Source of the DNA: Octopus vulgaris
Taxonomy: Eukaryota
Direction: 5' to 3'
DNA length: 64,000 nt
Assembly: GCA_951406725.2 (NCBI GenBank)
Contig: OX597819.1
Location: forward strand, 65,658,001-65,722,000
Shown here: piece by piece, positions 10,568 through 26,233 of the stretch
Layout: every line of letters starts with the position of its first letter
Position numbering within the stretch: position 1 is the first letter of the stretch
The notes under the pieces: generated by a model
Told to the model about the DNA's origin: nothing
The model's input: the letters and a program-made list of their open reading frames with translations, nothing else
Database searches by the model: none
Program-made: the position numbers and the translations under genes

Positions 10568-11652
10568 AGACACATAAAACTAGGGATGGGGTGCTGAGGG
10601 TATTATGTGGCCATGAGTGGGGCGGTGGCCTTAAAAGTTTGAGAATCTCCGTACTAATTCCTGGTAGTATTGGTTATACTAATACATGGTAGTATTCGAC
10701 GATGAACTTCTTCATGAGGTCTAGAACAATGTATGTTATTCCAGCATGCTGAAGAAGGTAGTGAACGCTGTGACATGTTTAGTTTTTGCAAGCGTTGCGA
10801 TATTCTTCTGTGCAAGAACATGCCTTCATATAAACGATAAGAAAATAAACTCAGAAAGATTGAAATAATAAGATAACATTTATTTTATCGTATCTATTTT
10901 TTAAGGTCTCTCACTTTTATCGGCTCTTTATCTGCTACATGTACTGCAGACATTTTTGTTTCGTTTGTAACATAGAGACGCACAGACATCAAGCGAAAAA
11001 GCGCTGAGCGAAGGAGAGGTAGATATGGGGGGGGGAGCGAGAAGGGAGGAGAACGAGAGAATGCAAGCGTGTGAAAAGGGGGGAGGTAGAGAGGGGGAGA
11101 GAGAGAGATGATGGGCATGAAAAAGAGAAGTCGAGAGAAAAGGAAAGAAAACTATAAAGAGCAAGGTGTAGAAATATTGTGTGTGCGAGGTTGTGTGTCT
11201 TGCTATATGTCTGTATATTTACATTGTGTGTGTGTGTGTGTGTGTGTGTGCTTATCAGGTAAATGTAGTAAATGTAGTGAAGATTACAAATAATCAACTC
11301 TCGATTCTCAAAATATAAGCACTGTTGGCCGTCTAATTAACGAAAAGCTCAAAATCAAATTACAGGTCACATAATAGTTATCTTCGAAGATGTAAAATGC
11401 GTGAATGCATACATGTACACACACGCGCACACACACACACGCAAACACATATCCATTTATTTGTCATACTCTTTCTCTCCCTCTCTCTCTCTCGCATTAT
11501 ATATGTATGTATGTGTGCCTATGTGCGTGCATGTGTGTACTGAGAGAGAAAGACATTTACGAATATATATATATATATATATATTTATACATAATTAGGA
11601 TAAAGCCATTAATTAATGATTTCTAAGTATTCAGGGTGTGTAAATATATATA

Positions 11653-12050
11653 TTTATTTGTTTCGGTTATTTGATTGCAGCAATGCTGGAGCATAGCCTC
11701 TCGTCGAGCTAATGGATCCCTAGGACTTATTCTTTGTAAGGCTACTACTTATTCTATCTGTCTCTTTCGCCGAACTCCTACATTACGGGGACGTAAACAC
11801 ACCAGCATCGGTTTTCAAGCGATGTGGTGGGGGACAAAGACAGACCAACAAATATATACACACATGCATACACACACACATATATATACGGCGGGCCTCC
11901 CCCAGCCTCCGTCCACCAAATCATCTCACGAGGCCTTGTTTGATTCCCGCCTATAGTAGAAGACACTTACCTTTGGTGCCACGCAGTAGGACTGAACCCG
12001 GAACCATGTGGTTGGCAAGCAAGCTACATACTACACAGCCACTCCTGCGC
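11653..12050 (-). mobile_element. SINE family A, full length, diverged
   Basis: Reverse complement colinear with 4416-4890. Confidence 0.88.
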
Positions 12051-13319
12051 ATAGACACACACACACGTTATAATCTGATTAATAACCTTACGATGGGGTT
12101 TCCAAAACTCCTCTTCGGTAATCGACTATATATACATGTGTGTGTGTGTATGTGTGTGTGTGTGTGTGTGGTGAGCATGTACATCTGCGTGTGCCTGTGT
12201 TGTGTATCTGTGTGTGTTCTTTGTGTGTATTTTGTTTTTGTTACTTATCCAGTATTTATATCTATGTAGCCATTGTCGTTTAGCGCTAGGCGTCTTCGAA
12301 TGGAATCCGACGATTAATATCGTTTTGTATCATGTTATTACTCAATCTTCCTTTTTAATTATTACGATTGAAGCTGAACGCGATTTGGTTGCTATTTCCA
12401 GCGACCACTGTAAAGACCCCGCCACCATCTCCACTGTCATTTGTTTGTCGGATAATTCACCACTTTTTGTTGTTGTCCTTCCTTTATTCATCAATCGTAT
12501 TCTGTCTTTCATTGTTTTTGTCACTCTTACTGACTTCCTGATAACTCTAATCCTCTATTTCTTATCACTTACTCTCTCTGTCTCTCTCTCTCACTCTGAA
12601 ATTTCCTATCTCCCCCTTCACTCTCCCTCACTCCCTCGCTTCTTCTCCTTCTCTCTTCATGTCGTATTCCGTCATTGTTCTCTCTCTCATACAGTGTCTT
12701 CTTCATTCGTTCTCTGTCAACTTCTCATTTTCACAATCGTACTTCTCTCTCCCTTTCAACTTCGCTTCCCCACTCTAACCCCTTCTCTTTCTCTCTCTCT
12801 TTTTCTTTCTCTTTTCTAATCCCTCAAACTCTATAATATAAATTCTCCCCACTTCTCTCTCAAACTCTCTTATTCACTAATTTCCTTCCTCTCTATCATT
12901 CTCTTTCTCTCTCTCTCTCTTATCATCTTTTCCAAATTTTCCACTTCACTTCACACATCTCTCTCTTTCCCTCGCATCTAAAATACGAGTTACGTAATTG
13001 AGACGAAAATCCTTTGTTAGAAGATTAAAGGTTTCTCATATTCTCATATTCTCATATTCCTATACTCTATTTCTAAATGCGAAGATTAATACATTCCACA
13101 TTAAAGCTCGAACAGGACATCGACCATATCAATGTCGCAGATCAGTCAAAATCAACGGACGCCATAATTGCGACAACTTTGCTTGCAACTAATTAATTAG
13201 AAATATATTATGGTGTGTGTTGCAGAAGCTAATACAAGATCGTATTCTTTGGGGGATAAATGTTAAAACCACAGAAACAACAAAACCAAATCTATACAAT
13301 AATGGCTTCAAATGTTGAT

Positions 13320-13955
13320 ACAAGGCCACCAGTTTCTTCGGGGGCGGGAAGATATGTCGTTCACATCGAACGAAATGCTCAAACGGGACATATTTTATGG
13401 ACTCCGAAGCAACGAGATGCAAAGGTGACATCAGAGAGATTTGAACTCAAAATGTAGTGAATCGGAACAGATACTGCCAAGCAATTTTTCCGATCTTCTA
13501 ACGATTCTGCTAGTTCATCAGCTCAATGAAAATAATTTTATAATATAGGCAGAAAGGTTGAGATTTTAGCGGCTCGTCGATTACACCAAGCCCTCTGCTC
13601 AAATGGCATTTATTTCATCAACCCCGAAAGGATGAAAGGCAAAGTTGATGTCAGTGGAATTTGAACTCAGAATGGAAAGAAGTAATAAATGCCACCACAC
13701 ATTCTGTCCAGAGTGCTAACGATTCTGCCTGTTAGCCATCCAATAACAATAAGAACCCTTTCTACAATAGGCACCAGGCCTGAAACTTTAAGGGTGGTGT
13801 AAGTGGATTACATCGACTGATACTTATTTTAATGAACCCAAAACGATAACAGGCAAAGTCAACTTCAGCGAAATATGAACTCAAAGCATAAAGACGGCCA
13901 AAATGCTACAATGCATTCTGTCCAGCACACTAAAGATTGTGCCAACTAGCCGTCC
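13320..13955 (-). mobile_element. Three tandem diverged family B monomers
   Basis: Three ~210-bp units, each with CGAAAGGATGAAAGGCAAAGT..TTTGAACTCA..AACGATTCTGC, separated by AAT-rich spacers. Confidence 0.75.
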
Positions 13956-13966
13956 AGTAGCAGCAG

Positions 13967-14159
13967 TGGTGGCGCAATGGCCCAGTGGTTAGGGCAGCGG
14001 ACACGCGGTCGTAAGAACGCGGTTTTGATTCCCAGACCGGGCATTGTGAATGTTTATTGAGCAAAAACACCTAAGCTCCACGAAGCTGCGGCGTGGGTGG
14101 GGTGGACCCTGCTGTACTCTTTCACCACAACTTTCTCTCACTCTTTCTTCCTACTTCTG
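13967..14159 (+). mobile_element. SINE E head joined to an unrelated 3' segment
   Basis: GGCGCAATGGCCCAGTGGTTAGGGCAGCGGAC..CTCTTTCTTCC matches other E heads; homology stops at 14159. Confidence 0.85.
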
Positions 14160-14464
14160 CCACAAAGCAGAGGAACCATGGTGTAACCCTCTATGGTGTG
14201 GTAAACTTTCAGACCCTAGTCTAGATTGCGAATCCTCTGTACCCCAGGAGGGTTCAGCTCTCCACCCGTTAAAAGCCACCGTTTACGGAATGAGGATAAC
14301 AACGTAGCTTTCGCGCCCGTGCAGCCGTCTGTCTATCGCGTGTGGTCGGTGGATCTTCAAGTTTCCACACGCACTCTTAGTAGCTTGGCGTAGGTTCAAA
14401 TTAGAGATTATTCTTTGTGGCTAATGGCGTGAGTCCTGGTTGGAAGAAGAAGAAACAGTGTTTC

Positions 14465-14544
14465 AGTGGTACTTAATTTATTGACCCCGAAAGGATGCAA
14501 GCCAAAGTCGATCCCGGCAGAATTTGAACACAGAACGCGAAATG

Positions 14545-14587
<43 letters not shown>

Positions 14588-15100
14588 TTACAAATTTTGC
14601 CACAAGGGCAACAATTTTGGGGGAGAGGATGAGTCGATTACATTGGCCCTAGTGTTCAACTGGTACTTATTTTATCGACCCCCAAATGATGAATGGCAAA
14701 GTCGACCTCGGTAGAATTCGAACTGAGAACGCTAAATGATAATAATAATAATCATGATCCTTTCTATTAGCACAATAATAATAATAATAATCCTTTCTAT
14801 TAGCACAAGATATGAAAGTTGTTGGGAGGGTGGCCATTCAACTATATCGACTCCAGTACGCAACTGGTACTTAAATTTATCGACTCCGTAAGGATGAATG
14901 GTAAAGTCGACCTCGGCGGAATCCGAACTCAGAGCGCTAAATAATAATAATGATAATAATAATAATAATAATACATTATAGGCACAAGACCTGAAATTTG
15001 GTGGAAGGGGGAGCATTTCAACTCAGAACGTAAAGACAGAGGATAGACCGCTAAGCATTTCGCCCGGCGTTGCTAACGATTCTGCCAGCTCGCCGCCTTT
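14465..15100 (-). mobile_element. Array of four partial family B monomers in (AAT)n
   Basis: Repeated TGGTACTTA.TTTATCGAC..AAAGTCGACCTCGG units at ~14465, 14592, 14755 and 14975, separated by (AAT)n. Confidence 0.8.
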
Positions 15101-15674
15101 AAAATCCTCATCATCATAATAATACCGATGACGCTGACGACGACGACGATGATAATGATGACGTCAACAACGACGACAACGACGACGATGTCAATGACGA
15201 CTAAAGCAAAAGGTGGGGACGATGAGATTTGGGTATTATTAGTGCGCCCTTTTCTTCTGTGTACAAATGAAAAGAAGTTCTCAAGTAGCAGAGATGTAAC
15301 GCCTGTTTTATGGAAAGATTACGCATTCACGGAAACTTGAATAATATAAATTTCTAACGAAAAGAAACGTGATTGGATATATTCGAAAGTTCCATCGAGA
15401 CGGACACTTTGATCTTCCAAATTTATGATGTTTTATCAACAGTTCTACGGGATAATTTGCTGTCGGTGATTCTAGTAATTTTCACATTTATTTCGCTCCC
15501 TTTCTTCCTCTCTGCTTATCTGTCCTTCTTCCTCTCTCTCTCCCTCTCTGTCACTTTCTCACTCTGTCTTCAACAAAATTTATCAATCCGTATCATTGTA
15601 GCTGTGTCTAACTTAGCTCTTTATTATATGTGTGAATATGAATGTGTGTCAGTATGTGCATATATATATATAGG

Positions 15675-15705
<31 letters not shown>

Positions 15706-16758
15706 TTATATACATACAACTATACACACACATATATATGCATGTATGAACGAACATAGAAATATACGCACAAAGAAAGGAGTATATGTGTGTGTTTAAA
15801 GAGACACAGATGTAAGAGAGACTGTGAGAAAGAGAAAAGGAATAGGTGAGAAAATGTGTTATATCACGGTCTATCTGTCGCCTTCAATCTATCTCTCTCT
15901 CTATATATATTTATCTATCTATACATCTCTCACCATAGCTCTCTTCCTCTCTCTCTCTCTCTCTCTCTGTATATATATATATATGTATATGGCAAATGAA
16001 AGACGGATGATGAAATATACGAGAATTTTTATATATATAAGGACACAAATGCTTAGGTATAACGCTTGTGTCCTCAAACGTTATACCTAAGCAATATATA
16101 TGTATGTGTGTGCTTATGTATATGTGTATGTAAGTATCTATATATTTCGTTATTTATGATGACACACTAGTTTTTTGAGTTTGCGGTGATTGTGGTAGAC
16201 AGGTTACGGTATCACAAAAAGTAAACCCAAATCGTTACCACCTATAATCAAACATGTCCACGCCATAACCGTCCTGTGTCTTATATATATCTCGGGAATG
16301 TATTGCTCTCTATCCATCTGTTTCATAGACTCTTGTAGGATGATCTAAACAGTATCTAGCGACAATATTTATGAGATAGTGAAACCGAGTATAGATTCTC
16401 TTCTTGGCTCGCCAAATTCTCCGTTATATAACAATGCTGAGATCTACTCTTACCATAAGTGAGTAATATCACACGCTTGAAGTAAAACACAATTAATCCA
16501 GCCACTAAACAGGTCTTCGACATGCAAAACGTGAAAGGTATGTACACTGTTCAGATCCGATCTAACGAGCAATTACTGTTTGTGATACGTCTATATAAAC
16601 AGCATCCGCTGGACTCCAAGTTTCTATCTATACCAACACATTACCAATACATTACTACCAGGCTCTCTGTTTGTTTGTAGATCTATCTATCCCCTTTTTC
16701 TGACCCTTCTTCCGTGTTTCTATCTGTTGCTTTCTCCCACTCTGTGGGTGTGTGTGTG

Positions 16759-16809
<51 letters not shown>

Positions 16810-16811
<2 letters not shown>

Positions 16812-16996
16812 TTTTACTTTGACTGCAGCCACGCTGGAGCACCGCCTTTAGTCGAACAAATGAACCCCAAGACTTATTCTATCTGTTTCTTGTGTCGAAC
16901 AACTAAGTTACTAGGCCACAACCATACCAACATCGGTTGTGAAACGATAGTAAGGGAACAAACAGAGAAACACAAATAAGCACACACACACATATA

Positions 16997-17065
<69 letters not shown>

Positions 17066-17224
17066 CAGCTTTTTCAGTTTCCGTCTATCAAATCCACTCA
17101 CAAGGCTTTGATTGGCCCGAGGCTAGAGTAGAAGACACTTGCCCAAGGTGCCACGCAGTGGGACTAAACCTGGAACCATGTGGTTGGGAAACAAGCTTAT
17201 TACCACACAGCCAACCCTGCGCCT
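16810..17224 (-). mobile_element. SINE family A, diverged
   Basis: Reverse complement colinear with family A; internal (TA)n(TG)n at 16980-17060. Confidence 0.85.
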
Positions 17225-17837
17225 ATACGTATATATATATATATATATATATATATTACACTTTCAGTTCTCCGTTATAGATTTACGTGACTCATTTGCA
17301 TTTCCCATTTTTCATCATCATATGCTGTTGATAAAGGTGGTGGTGGTGATGGTGAAAATCCGCTGTCGTTGTGGTTGGTGCTTGTGGTGTTGCTGCTGTT
17401 TTAAAACATAACTCTTCATTCAGTTATCAACAACAAAATCATTCTTATGTTGTTTTTAAGGGGAGGAAGAGAGATCTTCCTGCTAACCATTTACTTTCGT
17501 TTCATTTCATCACCCTCATATAAATGTATGTGTATGTGAGTATGTATGCGTTTATATATATATATATATATATTTATGCCTGTATGTATCTATGTATTGG
17601 AGATAAGAAAGATATATGAAGCTAGTTAATCTTCATAAATCGTTTACTGAACTATGCTCGCTTTTGTCATTTGCCTTGATCTTGTAGGAACAGAAATGTG
17701 AAATGATTTTGCTTTCCGAAACTGAGAAGAGCAACTAAAACATATCGTCTTTTCCTTTTATTCTATGTATTTTTGTTTTCTTTCAATTTCTCCTCTTCTC
17801 TATGTATTTCTTTTTACATCCTGTATTAATATCATGT

Positions 17838-17894
<57 letters not shown>

Positions 17895-17950
17895 ATACAT
17901 ACATACATATTTATATATACATATGTATATATATGTATATATATATTTAC

Positions 17951-17995
<45 letters not shown>

Positions 17996-18652
17996 ATATA
18001 TATATAGAGAGAGAGGGAGAGAGCTACGTATGTATTATTAACTATCTAACTCTTCGTCTGTCTACCTGACTTCTAATGTGTCTGCTTTTCTAATGATATA
18101 TATGTCTACTTAACTATCTACCAACACGTTGTAACATACTCTCATTTGTTATATTTATATATAACTATTTATCAATCTGTTTATATATAACTATTTACCA
18201 ATCTGTATTTACCTATCTATCTACCTATCATCTATCTATCTATCTCAATATACATCTGTTATTCGATTTATCGTGCATTTCCATTCAGTTTTTTTCGTTT
18301 TATTATTGAATGTGTTCTGTATTTTCTACGTTTGTTTATTCCTGTTCTTGAATATTGTTTCCATCTGTCAAATATTTCTGCTTATACAAAACAATGTTGA
18401 AATAAAGCAGACGACAGCGACGACCAAATATCAGCAGACGACAATTTAAACTGAACGGAAGTTAATGTAAAAATCTATTGACCCGGATATTTATCAGTGA
18501 ACTTCCCTCCCAACATTGCCACTTGTACCCCCCACAATCATCAATATGAGCTTAACATTGTTGCCATTGTAATATGGCATACATATACACACACCTTTAT
18601 ATGCACACACGCTCTCACACACACACGTATATATATATATATATTTATACAG

Positions 18653-18684
<32 letters not shown>

Positions 18685-19222
18685 GCATGTATGTATGTAT
18701 GTGTGTGTGTGTGCATGCATGTGTGTATGTATATTACATATATACACATGCATGTATATGTACTTATATATAATTATATGTGTATGTATCTATAAAGAAT
18801 ATACTCCCAAAAGCTGATACACTAACAAATCTTTCATGACTGTACCTATCAATGTACTACAATGTATCTATTAGAAATTATTTATTTTAAGGAAATTGAG
18901 TCGCTTTTTCAGTGTTTCACGTCCCCGATTTTCAGGCGACTGAAATTCAAGACATTGGCCATTGCAATAAGAACAAATGCCGCTTTGAGTAGTATTCTCC
19001 CACACTGAATAGACATATGTTCACATGCATAGACACACTCACACACACATATATGTATATAGGTATGCTTTTATATACAGCTATAATTATAAATAATTAC
19101 ATTGTCCTACTGGGTTACTCTGTACTTTTGTAGAGTACAAATTTATTACTTTTAACAAGAATATACTGGCAATGAAAATGGCCGAAACTCTGAAATCACT
19201 GTCAATAGTATACTTGTTTAGC

Positions 19223-19269
<47 letters not shown>

Positions 19270-19326
19270 TGACGACGACAATAATAATAATACATACATA
19301 CATACATACATAAATACATAAACATT

Positions 19327-19394
19327 GGCGCAGGAATGGCTGTGGTAAGAACTACATGGCTCCGGGTTCAGGCCCACTGCGTACCACCTGGCAA

Positions 19395-19428
<34 letters not shown>

Positions 19429-19660
19429 TTTGTTATTTTTGCATGTGTCTGTCCCCCACAACCAACACCACCACTACCATCGCTTGACAATCAAAGTTGG
19501 TGTTTTTACGTCCCCGTCACTTTGTGGTTCTGCAAAATGAGACCGATAGAATAAGTACTAGCCTTACAAACAATAAGTGCTGGGGACGATTTGTTCGAGT
19601 AAATGCTGTGCTCCAGCATAGCCGCAGTCAAATGACTAATACTAGTGAAAGAATAAAAGA
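19327..19660 (+). mobile_element. SINE family A with internal deletions
   Basis: GGCGCAGGAATGGCTGTGGTAAG head and 3' half ATCGCTTGACAA..CAGTCAAATGACT. Confidence 0.85.
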
Positions 19661-21539
19661 AAGCATATATACACACCGTATACTGAATCTTCAGCTCACA
19701 ACACGACTTTCAGACCAAGTTTCATTGACATGTTTTAGTAGTTTAACAGGAAAGTGTAAGAATAATACTTTGACATCGTATGGTCACAAAGACTTGCGTG
19801 TAATTGGTGAGATGAAATCTATACGGAAGCACCCTCTGTTGGACCGTACTTCGAATGAAGAACTGTACCACATATTGTAACTCGCGGATAACGCTGAATT
19901 ACGTTAATGGAAAATAGTTACGGCCATGATAACGTATATAACTATATCCATTGGCATATTATTTATATTCGAACAAGTGGCCTGTTCTTTAACATGAATA
20001 CTCGTCGTTAAAACAGAATGGCTATTCACAATGAATATCATTGCAGAGGACATGGTTTATTGCAGAGCTCGTCTCACACTCTCCCCCTTGAAATGTATAC
20101 ATTGTTCTAGAACAAGATGTAACATAACTCCAGTTTTTATAAGGATGCAGGATTAATTTTTAGCTCCATTCTCTTCGCTAAATATGCAGTTAAAGCGGTA
20201 AAGGGCTTCGGCAGCTGTGTCTATTAGAGTGTCTACGAGTGACCGTATTCCAGAGAATATTCCGGGACGTGAAATTTAACTCATAGCTGGGACAATGATA
20301 GACGATGCAACACCAGGTCAGAGTAGACCTAGGTACAACAGATGCTTAGAGGTGGTTCCATACTCCCCGCCGCACAACAGAATGAAGTTTTAAATATACC
20401 CAGGGTAGGCTCTGACCTTGGTTATGCGTGATTAGACGCATGAAAGAGTAACTAAGAGTAAACAAACCAAAGACGAGTTTAAATATATTTGGTAGGTATT
20501 TGAATTTTGCAGTTTGTCATGGAGAAAAATACTCGCTTCGGACAAAAGAGATGTCGAAGCAACTTAGCCAACTCAACTATGTCGGAATCACGGACGCACT
20601 TTCAACACTACTCAAATATAAGACAGAAAAAAAGTACATACTCTCTTTGATTTAACACGTGAATGAGTATTTCAGCTATTGAGTGCATTCATTTAGCAGG
20701 ATCAAGTTTGTAGCTAATATCCGGAGTCGGTTACCGATCAAACGATTACTAAATAGTTTAGGCTTCAATTCTTATTGAGACAACATGCATACAGATTTCT
20801 ATATCTCTCTTTCAACCATTCCTCTGAAGATCAGCGAAATTTCACGCGTGTTACCCTCCGCCATCAAACAAAGTTTAAAGAAAACAACTACAATATTTTC
20901 AATAGGAAGGTAACACTCTCAATCTGTGTTGTTTATTAAATGTATGTTTTGAAATGTATGGAGTGTGTGACAAAACACAGGTATAGATGTAGGTCTATCT
21001 ATCACGTACATATACACACACACGTTTGTATACATGAGTCTTCCATATACTATAGTACAGCTTGTCGATTGTTTTGCTTAAATTTATAAAAAAATCTCTT
21101 AAAGACTTCAGAAGCAACACGTACTGGCGAGAAAACCGAATGCAGACTCATAACTTACTTGCAGATTTGTATATATTCACAAGTTGAATTTCACACATTT
21201 CCAAAGTCATTCGCATAAGTGCTACACCTATAAAACACACACACACACACATGAATATTATACTTACACACATTCACATATATAATACTATATATATATA
21301 TATATATATACGAATATGCATTCAATACTCAATATGCGTTATTTACTTCCTTTTATTTACAACTTTGTAGAATATTTTATGATGTTTTGCGCCAAGAGCG
21401 TAAATTTCGTGCAACCGTTTGGGAGAAGAAAGATTTATTTTCAGATATGGCCAGGGTTTAGCGTTTCATAAAACATAAAATTTTATTCAGGTCTCTTCGG
21501 ACTTTATATGTACATATGTATACAGATATGTATACACAC

Positions 21540-22400
<861 letters not shown>

Positions 22401-22924
22401 CATATTCATACACGTGTGCTCACGCATATGTCGGGAAGTATTTCTGTTATATATCTGCGGCGGATGCGGAAGCACTAATCACTATAACAGGGCTAACAGA
22501 TGTGTATTGTTGGCGGTTAAATAGACGAGAATAATAATAATAATAATAAAAACTATAGCAAAAATCATTTAAGACGAAAATAGAAAAAAAAAAAAAAAAA
22601 GAGAAGAAAAATACTACGTATGAAGCACACACCTTGTTGGTTGTCTACATTTTAATGTTTATTCCGTTTGTGCTCTAAACCAGTCACAATCATTTTTAGT
22701 CGACAGCTAATTTTTATAGCAATTTTTGATATTTTTATAATTTTTCAATCTTTTCATTGTTGCTATTTGTTATCATTTGTTCAGCCATTTGCCCGCTAAC
22801 TTACCCATCTGTTAGCTCGCTATTGTTAATTTATTTTGGTATTCACCTGACTTAAATTTAAACATAGCTGCACAGACTTACTAACCACAAAATAAACATA
22901 CTACTTGAAGGAGATAAATTGCCT

Positions 22925-23365
<441 letters not shown>

Positions 23366-23939
23366 TCGACATACATGTGCGTGTGTGTGTTTGTGCCTAT
23401 ACGTACATGAAGTATATTCTACTATTTAACACGCTCAATATGCTATAAAAGACGTTATGTTTTTGCTTGTAAGGTGAGTTTATTTCATTGTCCCGTCGTA
23501 TTAGTGCAACTGACTGTTAACCAGAATACAAAACGTGTACGCATTGTTTTATATCGATATACATTTGTGCTAATGTACGTATGTACGTTTGTATATGCGT
23601 ATGTGAGTGAGTGCGTGTGTGTGTGCTTGTGTGTGTTATTGTGTGGATATATTTCGTTACAATTCACCGTTGTTCCAATAACGCCATTATCAAAATGTTT
23701 AGAGCGAAAACATATAATGAACCAAATCTTGCAAAACAGTTTTGCTACGCTCTTTCAATCCAGTCCTGTACTTGCAATATATGCTGTCAATCTCAGAAGG
23801 AAAAAATCCCAGTCGATCGGGATGAACTTAGGATATACAAAAAAAAAAAAAAATCCAGCCAAACTTTTGGCTTGAATGTTAATAGATTACTCCAATTTAT
23901 CACCTGTCCGAGACTTTCCGTTCAGATCAGATGAGGATG

Positions 23940-24545
23940 GATCGTGGTTGCATTCTGGCTATTCTTTAGCCCTCCCGGTCAATCCATCGATCAGAATCCT
24001 GGTCAGTTCCCATCTCCACGGCATTCCTCTTCGCATGCCGTGGCCATGTGTGATGTTGACGACCAACACGAGGCGCCAAACGCAGCCGGATCTTCAACGA
24101 ATGGAACACGGTAAGAAGGGTTTAACTCTGAAAATAGATCAACATAGGCAAACCGTCTGACTTGGTGTTCCCGAATCACACAAGTAACTGGACGAATTCC
24201 AATTTCTGAGTAGCGTCGTTGATTGGATACCAAATCCGACTGATGGTAACCCATAATCCTATCAACCGTCCAGGTAACAAAGGAGTTCAGGGAGCTCCGA
24301 AGGGCCGTGTGCAGTGTCCATCTTTCACAACTATAGAGCAGAACAGGGTGAACCAGTGACTTATAGACCTTTGCATATACTCTGCAAAGACGTCGAGAGC
24401 GCAAAACACCATTGTCCCGTGAGTTTATAACCGCACAAACTCGTTCAAGTCTTTTCAGGAGTTCCAGCTCGCAGCTAAAACTGCTATGGAACTCACCTCC
24501 AGGATGACTGAAGCAGTCAACAACTTCGACATTCTTTGAGAATTT
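23940..24545 (-). pseudogene. Decayed non-LTR retrotransposon (RTE-like) reverse transcriptase C-terminal fragment
   Basis: ORF 24003-24404 reads KVYKSLVHPVLLYSCERWTL..RIMGYHQSDLVSNQ..IREHQVRRFAYV, matching RTE-type 'LLYGCETWTL..RILG..W.D.VSN..R.R..GHV'. Upstream NVEVVDCFSHPGG matches 'EVV..F.YLGS' and is separated from the ORF by degenerate sequence. Confidence 0.85.
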
Positions 24546-25319
24546 GAGCCATCTGGGATAGATGAAATATACATCAGTTCTGTCCTGGGATCGCAGATCA
24601 AATGACTATTTCTTACCTTCTATACGCAGTTGTAACATTGCAACAATGGTAGTCATTGATACAACGGGCAGATGTTAATCAGATATGCATCTACCAGTGA
24701 GCAAATTTACTCGATTTAACACGCTTTACCCAAAATCCATCGTCTTTTTGCCGAGATATAATTAATCGATATTCGCAATGCCTTCATTTTTCTTTCAATC
24801 TACAGCATGCTAAACGTTACTCAATATTATATCGACACATGGCAACGAGCCAAATAATTTTCTATTTTGTATTTTACTTTTATTGTTTATATTTACTCCA
24901 TCGCCATGTATTAAAAACAACGATTTAGAATCCTCCCTTTCTAGAAGATTCATGTTAGAAATTGCAGCAAATTATGTTATTTTGAATACACCGCCACCAC
25001 TCATGATATTCTTCTTTTTGCTAAAGTGAGAGGTCGTGGAGTAGAAGAAATTCGTTGCTATTTACGAGACAATTATGTAGATCAAAGATAAACTTGAAGA
25101 TTTGTTGGAAACATTTTTTTAATAAAAACAGCAGCATATCCAGAAAGTACGACACAAATTTCAAAGTATTTACGCCAGAAAAAGACGATTACAAAACAAA
25201 AAAAGGACAAAAATAATTCAAAATCTTTTTTTTTCAAAATAACATTATTTTTGCTCTCCATCTTTTCGTTCAAATCTAATTTCTTTCCTGAGTCAGAGAT
25301 CTTAAAATTCTACCTAATT

Positions 25320-25353
<34 letters not shown>

Positions 25354-25512
25354 TGTATGTATGTATGTATGTATGTATGTATGTATGTATGTATGTATGC
25401 ATGTATGTATGTATGTATGTATGTATGTATCGACATATAAATATATGTGCGTTTGTAAGTGTGTGTATATATTTATATATGGGTATATATTTATATATGT
25501 GTGTATATATAT

Positions 25513-25563
<51 letters not shown>

Positions 25564-25831
25564 GCTACAAGTATACATTGCTTACGCATATGCTTGTTTG
25601 TTTTAATATGAACGTTCAAGTGAACTTCAAAAGATGTTTTTAGTGAAGTATCAACATTTTCTTATCGAATTTCTGAAAAAATATCAAAATTAGAGCATGT
25701 TATTTAAATTTCCACATGTCACGTTATTCTATGAAGATTTAAATCATCTACATATTTATTACACTGTATGCTTGGGGAAACTAATTGTGAGAGGTTGGTG
25801 TCCTATCCTAAAGCAATGTATAAATGCGTTA

Positions 25832-26230
25832 AGGCGGCGAGCTGACAGAAACGTTAGCACGCCGGGCGAAATGCTTAGCGGTATTTTGTCTACCGTTACG
25901 TTCTGAGTTCAAATTCCGCCGAGTTCGACTTTGTCTTCCATCCTTTCGTGGTCGATAAATTAAGTACCAGTTATGCACTGCTGTCGATATAATCAGCTTA
26001 ATCCGTTTGTCTGTCCTTGTTTGTCCTCTCTGTGTTTAGCCCCTCGTAGGTATTAAAGAAATAGGTATTTCGTCTGACTTCATGTTCTGAGTTCTAATTC
26101 CGCCGAGGTCTACTTTACCTTTCATCCTTTCGGGGTCGATAAAATAAGTACCAGTTGCGTACTGGAGTCCATCTAATCGACTAGTCTCCTCCCCAAAAAT
26201 TTGAGGCCTTGTGCTTAGAATAGAAAAGAA
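25832..26230 (+). mobile_element. SINE family B, dimeric form
   Basis: Head + central domain + spacer (AATCCGTTTGTCTGTCC..AAAGAAATAGG) + second B-box/central domain + tail. Same layout at 61489 and 62700(-). Confidence 0.92.
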
Positions 26231-26233
26231 TAT

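Noticed and set aside
12202-12819. 205-aa hydrophobic ORF
   Set aside because: Derived from CT-rich low-complexity DNA and a family G remnant; no recognisable protein.
13320-15100. CRISPR-like regularly spaced repeats
   Set aside because: Units are ~200-bp SINE copies in eukaryotic DNA; no cas genes or unique spacers.
19780-19930. DRTSNEELY, RTE-like peptide
   Set aside because: Too short and degenerate to call.
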